The position numbers and the translations under genes were made by a program. From a virus: a stretch of DNA of 64,000 bases. Under the pieces are notes generated by a model. That model did no database searches. It was not told the DNA's origin and saw only the letters and a list, made by a program, of their open reading frames with translations. Within the stretch, counting starts at the first letter, position 1. Each line of letters opens with the position of its first letter. Below are positions 8,158 through 17,500 of the stretch, one piece after another. The stretch lies in the IMG/VR virus record IMGVR_UViG_3300032326_001134, positions 32,001-96,000 of that record; one strand, given 5' to 3'.

Positions 8158-10428
8158 ATGGCAAGATTATTTGCAACTAGCATTAACCTCAATAAAAATG
8201 AGTTACAGAATGCTAGAATTCAAAATCTGTCCTCTAACCCATCTTCACCAGTGGCAGGTCAGATTTATTTTAATACACAAGACAACGAACTAAGATACTA
8301 CGACGGAAACCAGTGGATATCTGGAAGTTCTGTAGAATTTGGCACCACAGCAGCAAGACCTGCTGCAAGCAAAGCTGGACAACTTTATGTTGACACAGAA
8401 GCACATGTTATTTATGTAGACAACAGTACAGCATGGGTTCAGGGAACAGTAAGCCCAGACGATGTTGCTGGATGGATCTCAGATCACAATGATTTAACAA
8501 CAGGTGTTCATGGAGTAACTGGAAACGTAGTAGGAACCTCAGACACGCAAACACTTTCAAACAAGACAGTCTCAGATAACCTACATTTTAATAATGGCAC
8601 CGCTGCTGGATACATAGCAGCTGGTATGGGCGAGCTTGTAATTGATGGTAATAATTCAATTACAATTAATGCTGACCAAGATGTTAATATTACAACAAGC
8701 GCTGGCGACATTATTCTTAATGCCGACGGATCCTCATATATCGGAAGCGCATTACCAGGAAATCGAATTGTAACAGTTGACGAGCTTAATTCTGGCGATG
8801 TTATTCAAACTGTTACTGGAACAAACGAGCAAGTTACTGCTAGTACAGATGTAAATGGAAATGTAACAATAGGCTTACCAGACACCGTATCAGTTCCAAA
8901 CCAACTTAACGTTGGTATCAATACAGTGCTTAGCACTATTGAAGATGGAGAGTTACATGTTTATAAAGCAAATGGTAATGAATCATTAACTGTAACTTCT
9001 AATTCTGTATTAATTAACAATGATATTGAAATTAAAGATGGAAGCGGAAATACTCATTTAAATATTTCTAGCCCATCATCTACAAATTCAGAATTGTCTG
9101 CAGTCAATGATTTAACAATAGCTTCTAATGGAGATATTGACTTAAACCCAACGGGCACAGCAAATGTTAATAATGATCAAATTGTAACAAGAACTGCAAC
9201 ACAAGATCTTTCAAATAAAAGAGTTATAGATACTCTTTACTTTACAGATGGTGTAACAATTGCCAATGAGGGTGAAATTGCTGTTCGTGCTGGAAGCCAT
9301 GACTTTGATGTTCAGGCTAACTACGGAGATCTTAATCTTAAGACAACCGCCACAGGCGCAGATGTTAATTTAAATCCAGATGGCGTAACAAACGTAAACA
9401 GCGTATTAAATGTAAGTGGTAATTTAAACACTACAGTAATTGCTGGTGCTGACTTTGACGGCAGAGATGGGTCCTTAACATTACAAGATGAAACTGGCAC
9501 TTCTCAAATCCATATTAATGGAGCAACAAAGAATATAGAGTTGCTTCCAGTAACTGGATCAAAAGCATTTTATGGCTCAGCAGCAACTGCTGGAAATGAA
9601 ATTGCTAAGATTTCAGACCTTCAAGCTTTATCATCAGGTCTTGATTGGAAGACAGCAGTACATCTTCTTTATGACGCAGCAATTCCAACAATGTCTGGTA
9701 GTGGAGCAAGCCAACTAATTATTGATGGCCATGACCCACTAGGAGATGCAGACAGTGGATATAGAATTCTTATAACTCAGTCATCAAATGCTGGTATACA
9801 TGTTTTCAATAGCACAAGCGGAAACTGGACACTTACTCGTGCAGAAGATGCAGACGCATTTGGTGAACTTATTGGTGCAGCAGTATTTGTAATGGAAGGC
9901 GACCAATACGGCGCAACTTCATGGGTTCAGAATAATCATTACATGACAGATTTTACTGGACAAAACTGGATTCAGTTCTCTGGTCAAGGTACATATGTTG
10001 GCTCTGATTCAATTCAAATTGATGGAAGAGAAATCAATGCAATTGTAGATGGCACTCATGGTCTATATATTGATGGAACTGGAATTAATGTAAAGGTTGA
10101 TGGAACCAAGGGTCTTGGATTTAACGGCAATGGAGAAATTCAAGTTACACTTGGAACAGGTTTAACATACACCCCATATGTCGCACTAGACACAGCTAAC
10201 GGATACGGTGTACGTAAAATTGCTACAACTATTGGAGATGGCGCAACAACAGCATTTCCCGTAGAGCACAATTTTGGCACAAAAGATGTGACAGTTCAAA
10301 TATTTCAAAATAATGAAAGCTATGCTCAAATAGAAGCAGACGTAGAACACACATCAACTTCTGAAGTGACAATTAAGTTTGCACTAGCTCCAAGTAATAA
10401 TGAGTATAGAGTGGTAGTAGTAGGATAA
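8158..10428 (+). CDS. Large virion fibre protein
   Basis: 756 aa, G/T/N/D-rich beta repeats, GQIYFNT..LRYYDG.W motif, GLDWK motif, C-terminal HNFGTKDV domain. Confidence 0.75.
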   Translation: MARLFATSINLNKNELQNARIQNLSSNPSSPVAGQIYFNTQDNELRYYDGNQWISGSSVEFGTTAARPAASKAGQLYVDTEAHVIYVDNSTAWVQGTVSPDDVAGWISDHNDLTTGVHGVTGNVVGTSDTQTLSNKTVSDNLHFNNGTAAGYIAAGMGELVIDGNNSITINADQDVNITTSAGDIILNADGSSYIGSALPGNRIVTVDELNSGDVIQTVTGTNEQVTASTDVNGNVTIGLPDTVSVPNQLNVGINTVLSTIEDGELHVYKANGNESLTVTSNSVLINNDIEIKDGSGNTHLNISSPSSTNSELSAVNDLTIASNGDIDLNPTGTANVNNDQIVTRTATQDLSNKRVIDTLYFTDGVTIANEGEIAVRAGSHDFDVQANYGDLNLKTTATGADVNLNPDGVTNVNSVLNVSGNLNTTVIAGADFDGRDGSLTLQDETGTSQIHINGATKNIELLPVTGSKAFYGSAATAGNEIAKISDLQALSSGLDWKTAVHLLYDAAIPTMSGSGASQLIIDGHDPLGDADSGYRILITQSSNAGIHVFNSTSGNWTLTRAEDADAFGELIGAAVFVMEGDQYGATSWVQNNHYMTDFTGQNWIQFSGQGTYVGSDSIQIDGREINAIVDGTHGLYIDGTGINVKVDGTKGLGFNGNGEIQVTLGTGLTYTPYVALDTANGYGVRKIATTIGDGATTAFPVEHNFGTKDVTVQIFQNNESYAQIEADVEHTSTSEVTIKFALAPSNNEYRVVVVG

Positions 10429-10429
10429 T

Positions 10430-10831
10430 ATGGCAAAAAAATTCCAAACGCCCATTGCACCACCATCCTTGTCTTCGGACCCTGCTGTTGGTGTGATGGG
10501 ATCCATATATTATAATACTGAAATAAATGCATTAAAGTATTATGATGGAGCCGCTTGGAGACCAATTTCATCTGGTGGTGGAGGTGGCGGAGGCACAGTA
10601 GAAATAGATTCCGCATACTACAATCAGCCAGAAGATGGAGTTTTGTTATATAACACAACTACAAATAATTTAGCAGTATCATACGAAAACGTATGGAGAG
10701 AATTAGCATATAGAACTCAATTTGATAGCCCAATTGACGGAGGAGATTCTTCCACTGGTGATTCAGAATGGGAATTAGTTTTAGATGGGGGTGAATCTGA
10801 CAATAACTCATTCTTAAATGCATACTACTAA
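10430..10831 (+). CDS. Small fibre adaptor protein with C-terminal DGG motifs
   Basis: Two GxxxYNT..L..Y...W motifs, poly-Gly linker, IDGG/LDGG. Confidence 0.6.
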   Translation: MAKKFQTPIAPPSLSSDPAVGVMGSIYYNTEINALKYYDGAAWRPISSGGGGGGGTVEIDSAYYNQPEDGVLLYNTTTNNLAVSYENVWRELAYRTQFDSPIDGGDSSTGDSEWELVLDGGESDNNSFLNAYY

Positions 10832-10870
10832 TAATATAAGTATTGTATAATAAGAAGAGGTGGTCAAATT

Positions 10871-13162
10871 ATGAAAACAAAGATTCAAATAAGAAGAGAT
10901 ACGGCTGCAAACTGGGCTAGTAATAACCCAATTCTATCAGCAGGTGAATTTGGCCTAGAGTCAGACACTCAAAAAATTAAAGTTGGTAATGGCTTAGCAA
11001 ATTGGGCAGCCAGACCATATATAAACGTTTTACCATCAGACCTTGCTGAACTTTCACAAGATGCAGTAAATAATGCATTAACTGCTGGTAACGGTATAAC
11101 AAAAGAATACGATGATTTAAATAATACGATCACCATATCAGTAGACACAAGTATTATTGCAAATAAAGATTATGTAGACAATGCAATTTCTGGAGTCTTG
11201 GACGGAGCACCAGGTTTACTTGATACATTAAAAGAATTAGCAGCAGCAATTGATGATGATCCTGCATTTTTTACAAGCGTAGCAACAAATCTTTCAAATC
11301 ACGAAGCAGACACAACAAACATACACGGAATTGCAGATTCAGCAGAACTAGCAACTAAGACATTTGCAGCAGAACTTCTTACAGGATCAACAAAGTCCAA
11401 TATTACAATTACTGGTGATAAAAACGGACTCATAATTACAGCTGAAAATGGAGTAGCAGACTCAACCACATCAGATCTTGCAGAAGGAACAAATCTTTAC
11501 TTTACAGACGAAAGAGCACAAGATGCAGCAAACACTGCAATTGTTGCTGGTGAAGGATTAGATAAAACATACGATGATGAATCCAACACAATCACCCTTG
11601 ATATTGATTCAACAGTAGTAACACTAACAGACACACAAGCTTTATCAAATAAGACTTTAACTTCTCCCGTTATAAACGGAGCAACAGTTGGAGGAGATAT
11701 TATTCCTTCATCTGATGCCACATATGATTTAGGATCTCCTGAAAATAAGTTTAAAGATTTGTATCTATCTGGTGCAACACTTTATCTAGATACAGCCACA
11801 ATAGAACTACACTCTGGAAATATTCAACTTAGCCACAGTGGAAACACTACAATAATACCAATTGGAAACGGGAACCATACAGTAGCCACCCTAGATGGTC
11901 AAGAAACACTATCAAATAAAACTTTAACTAGACCAACTATTAACGGACCAGAGATTACAGAAATTGGTGGAACTCCACGTATTCATGGAATCTATCTTCC
12001 ATCACCACATTTTATTACTTTTGAGGGTGCAACAAATGATGAGTTTGAAACAGTTTTAACAACTGTAAATCCAACAGCAGATCACACAATTGCTTTACCA
12101 GATGCTTCAGGAACAATTGCTTTAACCTCAGACATTGCTGAACTTTCACAGGATGCAATAGATAATGCAATTGTAGCTGGTGTAGGACTTGACAAAGTTT
12201 ACGATGACGAAGCAAATACAATAACACTTGATATAGATTCAACAGTAACAACAAACTCTGGAACACAAACCCTTACAAATAAAACTATATCATTTGCAAA
12301 GGGTACAATTAGTTCCGCTGTGGGATATGACAATATAGAAGGATTTTTTGGACAAAACAACATAGTTGTTCTTCAAGATGCCCTTGATAAGGGTGGAAAA
12401 CTTAATATATCTAACGAGGGTGTTATTACAGTTCCATTTCCTGGAAATGGATATACTACTGGAGTAGCAACGATAGGTGGCGGAACTAGAGTTATCATAA
12501 CAGTTTCTGGAAATAATATTACAGGAACCATTAATCAGTTTAATGATTCTTTAACAGATGCAAACTTTGCTACCACAGATGGCGTAGAGTCTCTTACAAA
12601 TAAAACTTTGACTTCGCCAAAAATTAATGAAGACGCAGTACTTTCAGCAACATCTTCAGAATTAAATATTCTAGATGGGGCTACCATATCAACAGCAGAA
12701 TTAAATTATGTTGAAGGTGTAGTTTATTCAATTCAGGATCAAATAGATGAAAAGGCTCCAACAGATAGTCCAGAATTTACTGGAAACGTAGAGCTACCTT
12801 CAACAACGGTATTTGGTTCAAATACAGGAACAAGCGCAGGAAAATATTTAAGAACAGACGGAACAAACGTTTCCTGGGCATATCCAGTAATTCCTTATGG
12901 AAGCGGTGGATCAGCTAATCCAGTAAATGGACAGCTATTCTTTAATATGGATACACTATCATTACAGATATTTATGGATGGACAGTGGATTAAACTAACA
13001 TCTTATAATATTGATGGTGGAAATCCATTTACAACATCATTTGCAAATACGTTTGACGGAGGAAGTCCTTCAGTAGAACCTACATCATCATTAGATGGAG
13101 GAAATGTTGATTCATTCCCACCTGCTTCAGAAGGAACAGAAACAGATGGAGGAGAAATATGA
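10871..13162 (+). CDS. Fibre protein with Mtd-N/hyaluronidase-N-type N-terminal domain
   Basis: IQIRRDTAANW..NPILSAGEFGLESDT..KVGNG..W; three QDA..A..AG.G..K.YDD..NTIT repeats; TLTNKT repeats; four C-terminal DGG motifs. Confidence 0.8.
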   Translation: MKTKIQIRRDTAANWASNNPILSAGEFGLESDTQKIKVGNGLANWAARPYINVLPSDLAELSQDAVNNALTAGNGITKEYDDLNNTITISVDTSIIANKDYVDNAISGVLDGAPGLLDTLKELAAAIDDDPAFFTSVATNLSNHEADTTNIHGIADSAELATKTFAAELLTGSTKSNITITGDKNGLIITAENGVADSTTSDLAEGTNLYFTDERAQDAANTAIVAGEGLDKTYDDESNTITLDIDSTVVTLTDTQALSNKTLTSPVINGATVGGDIIPSSDATYDLGSPENKFKDLYLSGATLYLDTATIELHSGNIQLSHSGNTTIIPIGNGNHTVATLDGQETLSNKTLTRPTINGPEITEIGGTPRIHGIYLPSPHFITFEGATNDEFETVLTTVNPTADHTIALPDASGTIALTSDIAELSQDAIDNAIVAGVGLDKVYDDEANTITLDIDSTVTTNSGTQTLTNKTISFAKGTISSAVGYDNIEGFFGQNNIVVLQDALDKGGKLNISNEGVITVPFPGNGYTTGVATIGGGTRVIITVSGNNITGTINQFNDSLTDANFATTDGVESLTNKTLTSPKINEDAVLSATSSELNILDGATISTAELNYVEGVVYSIQDQIDEKAPTDSPEFTGNVELPSTTVFGSNTGTSAGKYLRTDGTNVSWAYPVIPYGSGGSANPVNGQLFFNMDTLSLQIFMDGQWIKLTSYNIDGGNPFTTSFANTFDGGSPSVEPTSSLDGGNVDSFPPASEGTETDGGEI

Positions 13163-14226
13163 GTTCAATACAATTAAAAAGAGGAACAGCTTCTCAATGG
13201 TTTACAAAAAATCCAGTATTAAAAAATGGAGAGCTTGGAATTGAATTGGATACCAAAAGAATAAAGCTTGGCAATGGTACAACTCAATGGAGATCTTTAA
13301 GCTATATTACAGTGATACCAGCAGATTTACAAAACACTGTTGGATCTTACCTAGAAGTAGTAGAAAAAGGAAATCCTGGTGGACTAGCAACATTAAATAC
13401 AGAGGGTTACATACCAGACTCTCAAATTCCAGCATCAATTGCAAGAGATGCAGAGATTGTGACAAGCTATAATGAACTTGATGACCTGCCTACATTATTT
13501 AGCGGAAGCTATAATGATTTAACAAATAAGCCAAATTTATTTAGTGGATCATACACTAATCTAACAGATAAACCAGCGCTATTTAGTGGATCATACACCG
13601 ATCTAACAGATAAACCAACAATTCCAAGTTTAACTGGATATGCAACTGAAACATATGTTGGAACTGCAATTTCAAACCTTGTAAGCTCCGCACCAGAAAC
13701 TTTAAATACTCTTAATGAATTAGCAGAAGCATTAGGAGATGATGCTAATTATGCTACAACAATAAGCACAGCTCTTGGGCTTAAGGCCACAATTGAAAGC
13801 CCTACTTTTACTGGAACCGTGGGTGGAATAACAAAGTCAATGGTTGGTTTAGGCAATGTTGATAATACAACAGACGAAAACAAGCCAGTGTCTACACTAA
13901 CACAAACAGCACTAAACTCTAAAGCAGATAAGTTAACTTCAATTTCCGCAAAGTCTGAATCTTATACAGTGCAGACAACAGATTTAGGGAAACTAATTGA
14001 GATGTCTAATGGTGGAACAATTAGCATAGAAGACTCAGCATCTTTTCCAGAAGGATTTACAATAGATATATTGCAAACTGGAAGTTCACAGGTAACGGTT
14101 GCTGGAATTGGAACCACTATAATTAATGCAACACCAGGATTAAAGCTTAGAACACGATGGAGCAGTGCCACTTTGATCAAGAGAAGCCTAGACCTTTGGG
14201 TGCTTTTGGGAGACCTGGCAGCATAA
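13159..14226 (+). CDS. Fibre protein (Mtd-N-type N-terminus; conserved C-terminal ATPGLKLRTRWSS domain)
   Basis: IQLKRGTASQW..NPVL..GE; LFSGSYxDLTxKP repeats; APETLNTLNELA motif. Confidence 0.8.
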   Translation: MSSIQLKRGTASQWFTKNPVLKNGELGIELDTKRIKLGNGTTQWRSLSYITVIPADLQNTVGSYLEVVEKGNPGGLATLNTEGYIPDSQIPASIARDAEIVTSYNELDDLPTLFSGSYNDLTNKPNLFSGSYTNLTDKPALFSGSYTDLTDKPTIPSLTGYATETYVGTAISNLVSSAPETLNTLNELAEALGDDANYATTISTALGLKATIESPTFTGTVGGITKSMVGLGNVDNTTDENKPVSTLTQTALNSKADKLTSISAKSESYTVQTTDLGKLIEMSNGGTISIEDSASFPEGFTIDILQTGSSQVTVAGIGTTIINATPGLKLRTRWSSATLIKRSLDLWVLLGDLAA

Positions 14227-15032
14227 TGTTAAGAAGATTTGGTAAATCATCAAAAAGAAAAGCTAGGGTTCCAAACTTAGTTAATCTTACATTAAGTCAA
14301 GCCCAATCTTTATTGTCATCTCTTGGCATTAGCTATACAACAAGTATCACAAGCACTAGCGACCAGAGCATTAATGGTAAAGTTAGAGAGCAAAATGTTG
14401 CAGAAAATGAAACTAAATTAGTTGGAGACAATGTTGAGATAAACTATTATTCATTTAGCTTTACTCCTTTTGGATTTACCCCTTTTGGATTCACACCATT
14501 TAGCTTTACCCCTAATTTATGTTTCGTGGTGGGCACAGACATATTAATGGCTGACGGATCTACTAAAAAAATTGAAGACATTGTAATTGGAGATTCTTTA
14601 AAAAGCTTTAATATACCAAATTTAGACGACGACTACGACCCAGATTTAATGAACACAGAGAATGCGTGGATTACGCCATCTACAGATGACTTTATAATCA
14701 CGCCAACCACAGTAACATATATTGGCAGAAGGCCTGTGCTAAAAACAATTAAATTTAATAACCTGCACAGATGCACAGAAAACCATGCTATTTTTGTTAA
14801 CAGAGGTGGAGACTATCAATGGCTAAAGGCAAAAGATGTTCAGGTTGGGGACTCTTTTATTAAATTTGACAAAACTGAAGAAATGGTTTCAAATAAAGAG
14901 ACAATAGATGAGTTAACTGAGGTAGTAGCAATTGACTGTGAAATAAAAGATTTTTATTTTGCTAACGGCATATTGGTTCACAATATTACCGTTACGGCAC
15001 CACCAGGAACTACAACACAATGGGTTTCATAG
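14226..15032 (+). CDS. PASTA domain + (F[GS]FTP)4 repeats + Hint domain protein
   Basis: VPNLVNLTLSQAQSLL..GKV.EQ (PASTA); CFVVGT block A, TENH block B, YFANGILVHN; start moved to ATG 14226 (TAATG overlap). Confidence 0.88.
   Translation: MLRRFGKSSKRKARVPNLVNLTLSQAQSLLSSLGISYTTSITSTSDQSINGKVREQNVAENETKLVGDNVEINYYSFSFTPFGFTPFGFTPFSFTPNLCFVVGTDILMADGSTKKIEDIVIGDSLKSFNIPNLDDDYDPDLMNTENAWITPSTDDFIITPTTVTYIGRRPVLKTIKFNNLHRCTENHAIFVNRGGDYQWLKAKDVQVGDSFIKFDKTEEMVSNKETIDELTEVVAIDCEIKDFYFANGILVHNITVTAPPGTTTQWVS
14454..14513 (+). repeat. Four 15-bp coding repeats (FSFTP-FGFTP-FGFTP-FSFTP)
   Basis: Directly read; synonymous codons differ between units. Confidence 0.95.
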
Positions 15033-15068
15033 GATTTACAATTTAATATAAAAGCAGTAAAATGGGGA

Positions 15069-15097
15069 TTGCCAAATAACTGCAAAACCCATATAAT
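15069..15097 (+). promoter_or_regulatory. Sigma-A-type promoter
   Basis: TTGCCA-17-TATAAT; GGAGGT RBS before ATG 15129. Confidence 0.65.
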
Positions 15098-15128
15098 AGG
15101 GTAATAGAAATATATCGGAGGTAACAGA

Positions 15129-17489
15129 ATGTCTGTTAGATTGCAATTTAGAAGAGGTACCGCATCAGAGTGGTTTGATGCTGATACTGTATTGGGAGAA
15201 GCCGAAATTGGCTATGAAATTGATACAAAAAAGATTAAAGTTGGAAATGGAATTACAGCATGGAACTCTTTAAGCTACGTAAACGTTGTTCCATCCGATT
15301 TAGTAAACACATTAAATGATTATGTATTAGTAGGAGATGTTGGAAACGCAGGCGGACCAGCAAAATTAGATTCAGATGCAAACTTATTGCTTCCAAATGG
15401 AAGAATAATTTTAGAGGGTGGCACAAACAACGATTATGAAACCACTTTACTTGTAGTAGACCCTACAGCAGATAGAACAATTACTTTTAAAGATGAATCT
15501 GGAACGGTAGCACTACTTTCAGACATTGATGCTGTTATTGGTGGAGCTCCAGGTGCCTTAGACACACTTAATGAACTTGCTGCAGCAATTAATGATGATG
15601 CATCATATGCCGCTACAATAACAAATGCTTTAGCAACAATAACTCAAGGTGGACTAGATCACGTATCTGCTGTTACAAATGTACACGGTATAGCAGACGT
15701 GTCAGAACTTGCAACAAAGACATATGCAGACAATACAGCCACTTCAATATCAAATTCAGCTGTGAGCACACACCTATCTGTAACAACAAACGTACACGGA
15801 ATTGCAGACACTCAAGATTTAATGAGAAAATCTGGATCTACAATGACTGGAATTTTAACTTTAAGTGATGATCCAACATCTAATCTACATGCAGCAACAA
15901 AGAGGTATGTAGATGATCATGTAGACACACACAACGCATCAGGAAACGATGTACATGGTATAGCAGATACAACTGCTCTTGCCACAAAAACTTACGCAGA
16001 TAATACTGCAACAACTATTGCAACAACTATTGCAACAGATGCAATTAACCTATTAACTACTTCTGATATAGAAGAGGGTTCACGTTTATACTTTACTGCA
16101 GTTAGAGCACAAGATGAAGCAAAAAATGTTATGTCAGATGGAGCCAACGAGGTTGTTACAGACAGTCTAGAGGTATCTACAAATGACTTTAACGTTGGAG
16201 AAGTTGCAAAGGGATTAAGAACAACTGATTCATACACTAATCCAATGGCAGTATTTTCAACAGCAGCATCAGATTATGCACAGGTTGCTATTAAAAATAC
16301 AACAAATGCTCCAGCTTCATCTAGCGATCTTATTATTTATGCCTCAAACGGAAATGATGCTTCTGGTTGGATAGACATGGGAATTACTGCACCAACGTTC
16401 TCAGACCCAGACTTTACAATTACTGGTGGTAACGACGGTTATATCTTTATGGAAGCCCCAGTAGGAACAACTGGAGACGGAAATCTTGTTATAGCAACTG
16501 GTGGTAATGGTACACATAACCACATTGTTTTTGCCGCAGGAGGACTACAGTCTAACAATACGCAGATGACTATTTTCCCAGATGAAAATGTTCACATTGA
16601 AATTGATACACCTTCTACATCACCAACAACAGGTGCACTAACAGTAGTCGGTGGAGTTGGTATTCAGGGAGACTTGAATATTAACGGAGATGTTAATATT
16701 GAAGGAACTATTGTTTTTGGAGGAGAAGGCACAACTGTAGAGACATCAAACCTCTCAGTAACTGATCCACTAATTTTCACAGGAGATGGCAACGCATCAG
16801 ACATTGTTGACCTAGGCTTTATTGGAGAATATACTACTGGTGGTAGCACCAAGTATTCAGGTATTGTCCGTGATGCCTCTGACGGAGTTATAAAGGCTTT
16901 TAAACACGCATCAACAAAGCCAACTTCAACCGTTAACTTTGCAGAAGCTGGAATTGAGTATTCAGACATACAAGTTGCAGCAATAAATGCATCATCATTA
17001 ACAGTAGGGGATATTTCAAATACAGAATTTGGATATCTAAATGGAGTAACATCAGCAATTCAAGATCAACTAGACGATAAAGCTCCAACTGATACTCCAA
17101 CATTTACTGGCTTAGTAACAATAGCAGCATCTGGAATAGCATTTGCAGATGGTACTCAAACAAAAGAAGGTGTTCCATCAAGAACTCCAATTATTGCAAA
17201 AACATCAAATTATACTCTTTCATCACTAGCCGAAAGAGACAGCCTAATAGAAGTTGATTCGACAGACCCAGTAACAATCATGATTCCAACAAATTCTGCA
17301 GTCGCTTTCCCAATAGGAACGACATTAGATATACTTGGAGTAAATACAGGATTAATTACAATTCAAGGAGACTCTGGAGTAGCCGTAAACGCTACACCTG
17401 GATTAAAATTGCGTACACGATGGTCTTCATGTACACTACTTAAGCGTGGAGAAAACTCTTGGGTAGTATATGGAGATTTGAAAGAATAA
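15129..17489 (+). CDS. Fibre protein (Mtd-N-type N-terminus; conserved C-terminal ATPGLKLRTRWSS domain)
   Basis: LQFRRGTASEW; repeated NVHGIAD..LATKTYAD; TTGALTVVGGVGI; C-terminus paralogous to the 13159 ORF. Confidence 0.8.
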   Translation: MSVRLQFRRGTASEWFDADTVLGEAEIGYEIDTKKIKVGNGITAWNSLSYVNVVPSDLVNTLNDYVLVGDVGNAGGPAKLDSDANLLLPNGRIILEGGTNNDYETTLLVVDPTADRTITFKDESGTVALLSDIDAVIGGAPGALDTLNELAAAINDDASYAATITNALATITQGGLDHVSAVTNVHGIADVSELATKTYADNTATSISNSAVSTHLSVTTNVHGIADTQDLMRKSGSTMTGILTLSDDPTSNLHAATKRYVDDHVDTHNASGNDVHGIADTTALATKTYADNTATTIATTIATDAINLLTTSDIEEGSRLYFTAVRAQDEAKNVMSDGANEVVTDSLEVSTNDFNVGEVAKGLRTTDSYTNPMAVFSTAASDYAQVAIKNTTNAPASSSDLIIYASNGNDASGWIDMGITAPTFSDPDFTITGGNDGYIFMEAPVGTTGDGNLVIATGGNGTHNHIVFAAGGLQSNNTQMTIFPDENVHIEIDTPSTSPTTGALTVVGGVGIQGDLNINGDVNIEGTIVFGGEGTTVETSNLSVTDPLIFTGDGNASDIVDLGFIGEYTTGGSTKYSGIVRDASDGVIKAFKHASTKPTSTVNFAEAGIEYSDIQVAAINASSLTVGDISNTEFGYLNGVTSAIQDQLDDKAPTDTPTFTGLVTIAASGIAFADGTQTKEGVPSRTPIIAKTSNYTLSSLAERDSLIEVDSTDPVTIMIPTNSAVAFPIGTTLDILGVNTGLITIQGDSGVAVNATPGLKLRTRWSSCTLLKRGENSWVVYGDLKE

Positions 17490-17500
17490 AGGAGATATAA

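Noticed and set aside
13495-13620. LFSGSYxDLTxKP repeats as part of the modified-peptide system
   Set aside because: Common phage fibre shaft repeat, not adjacent to a Hint domain
14520-14984. Mobile intein with homing endonuclease
   Set aside because: No endonuclease insert, no +1 Cys/Ser/Thr, and it is not inserted in a conserved enzyme; it fits a BIL/Hint autoprocessing domain
14125-17430. Diversity-generating retroelement (Mtd-like genes with similar 3' ends as TR/VR)
   Set aside because: The two similar ends differ mainly at synonymous positions, not specifically at adenines, and there is no reverse transcriptase in the window
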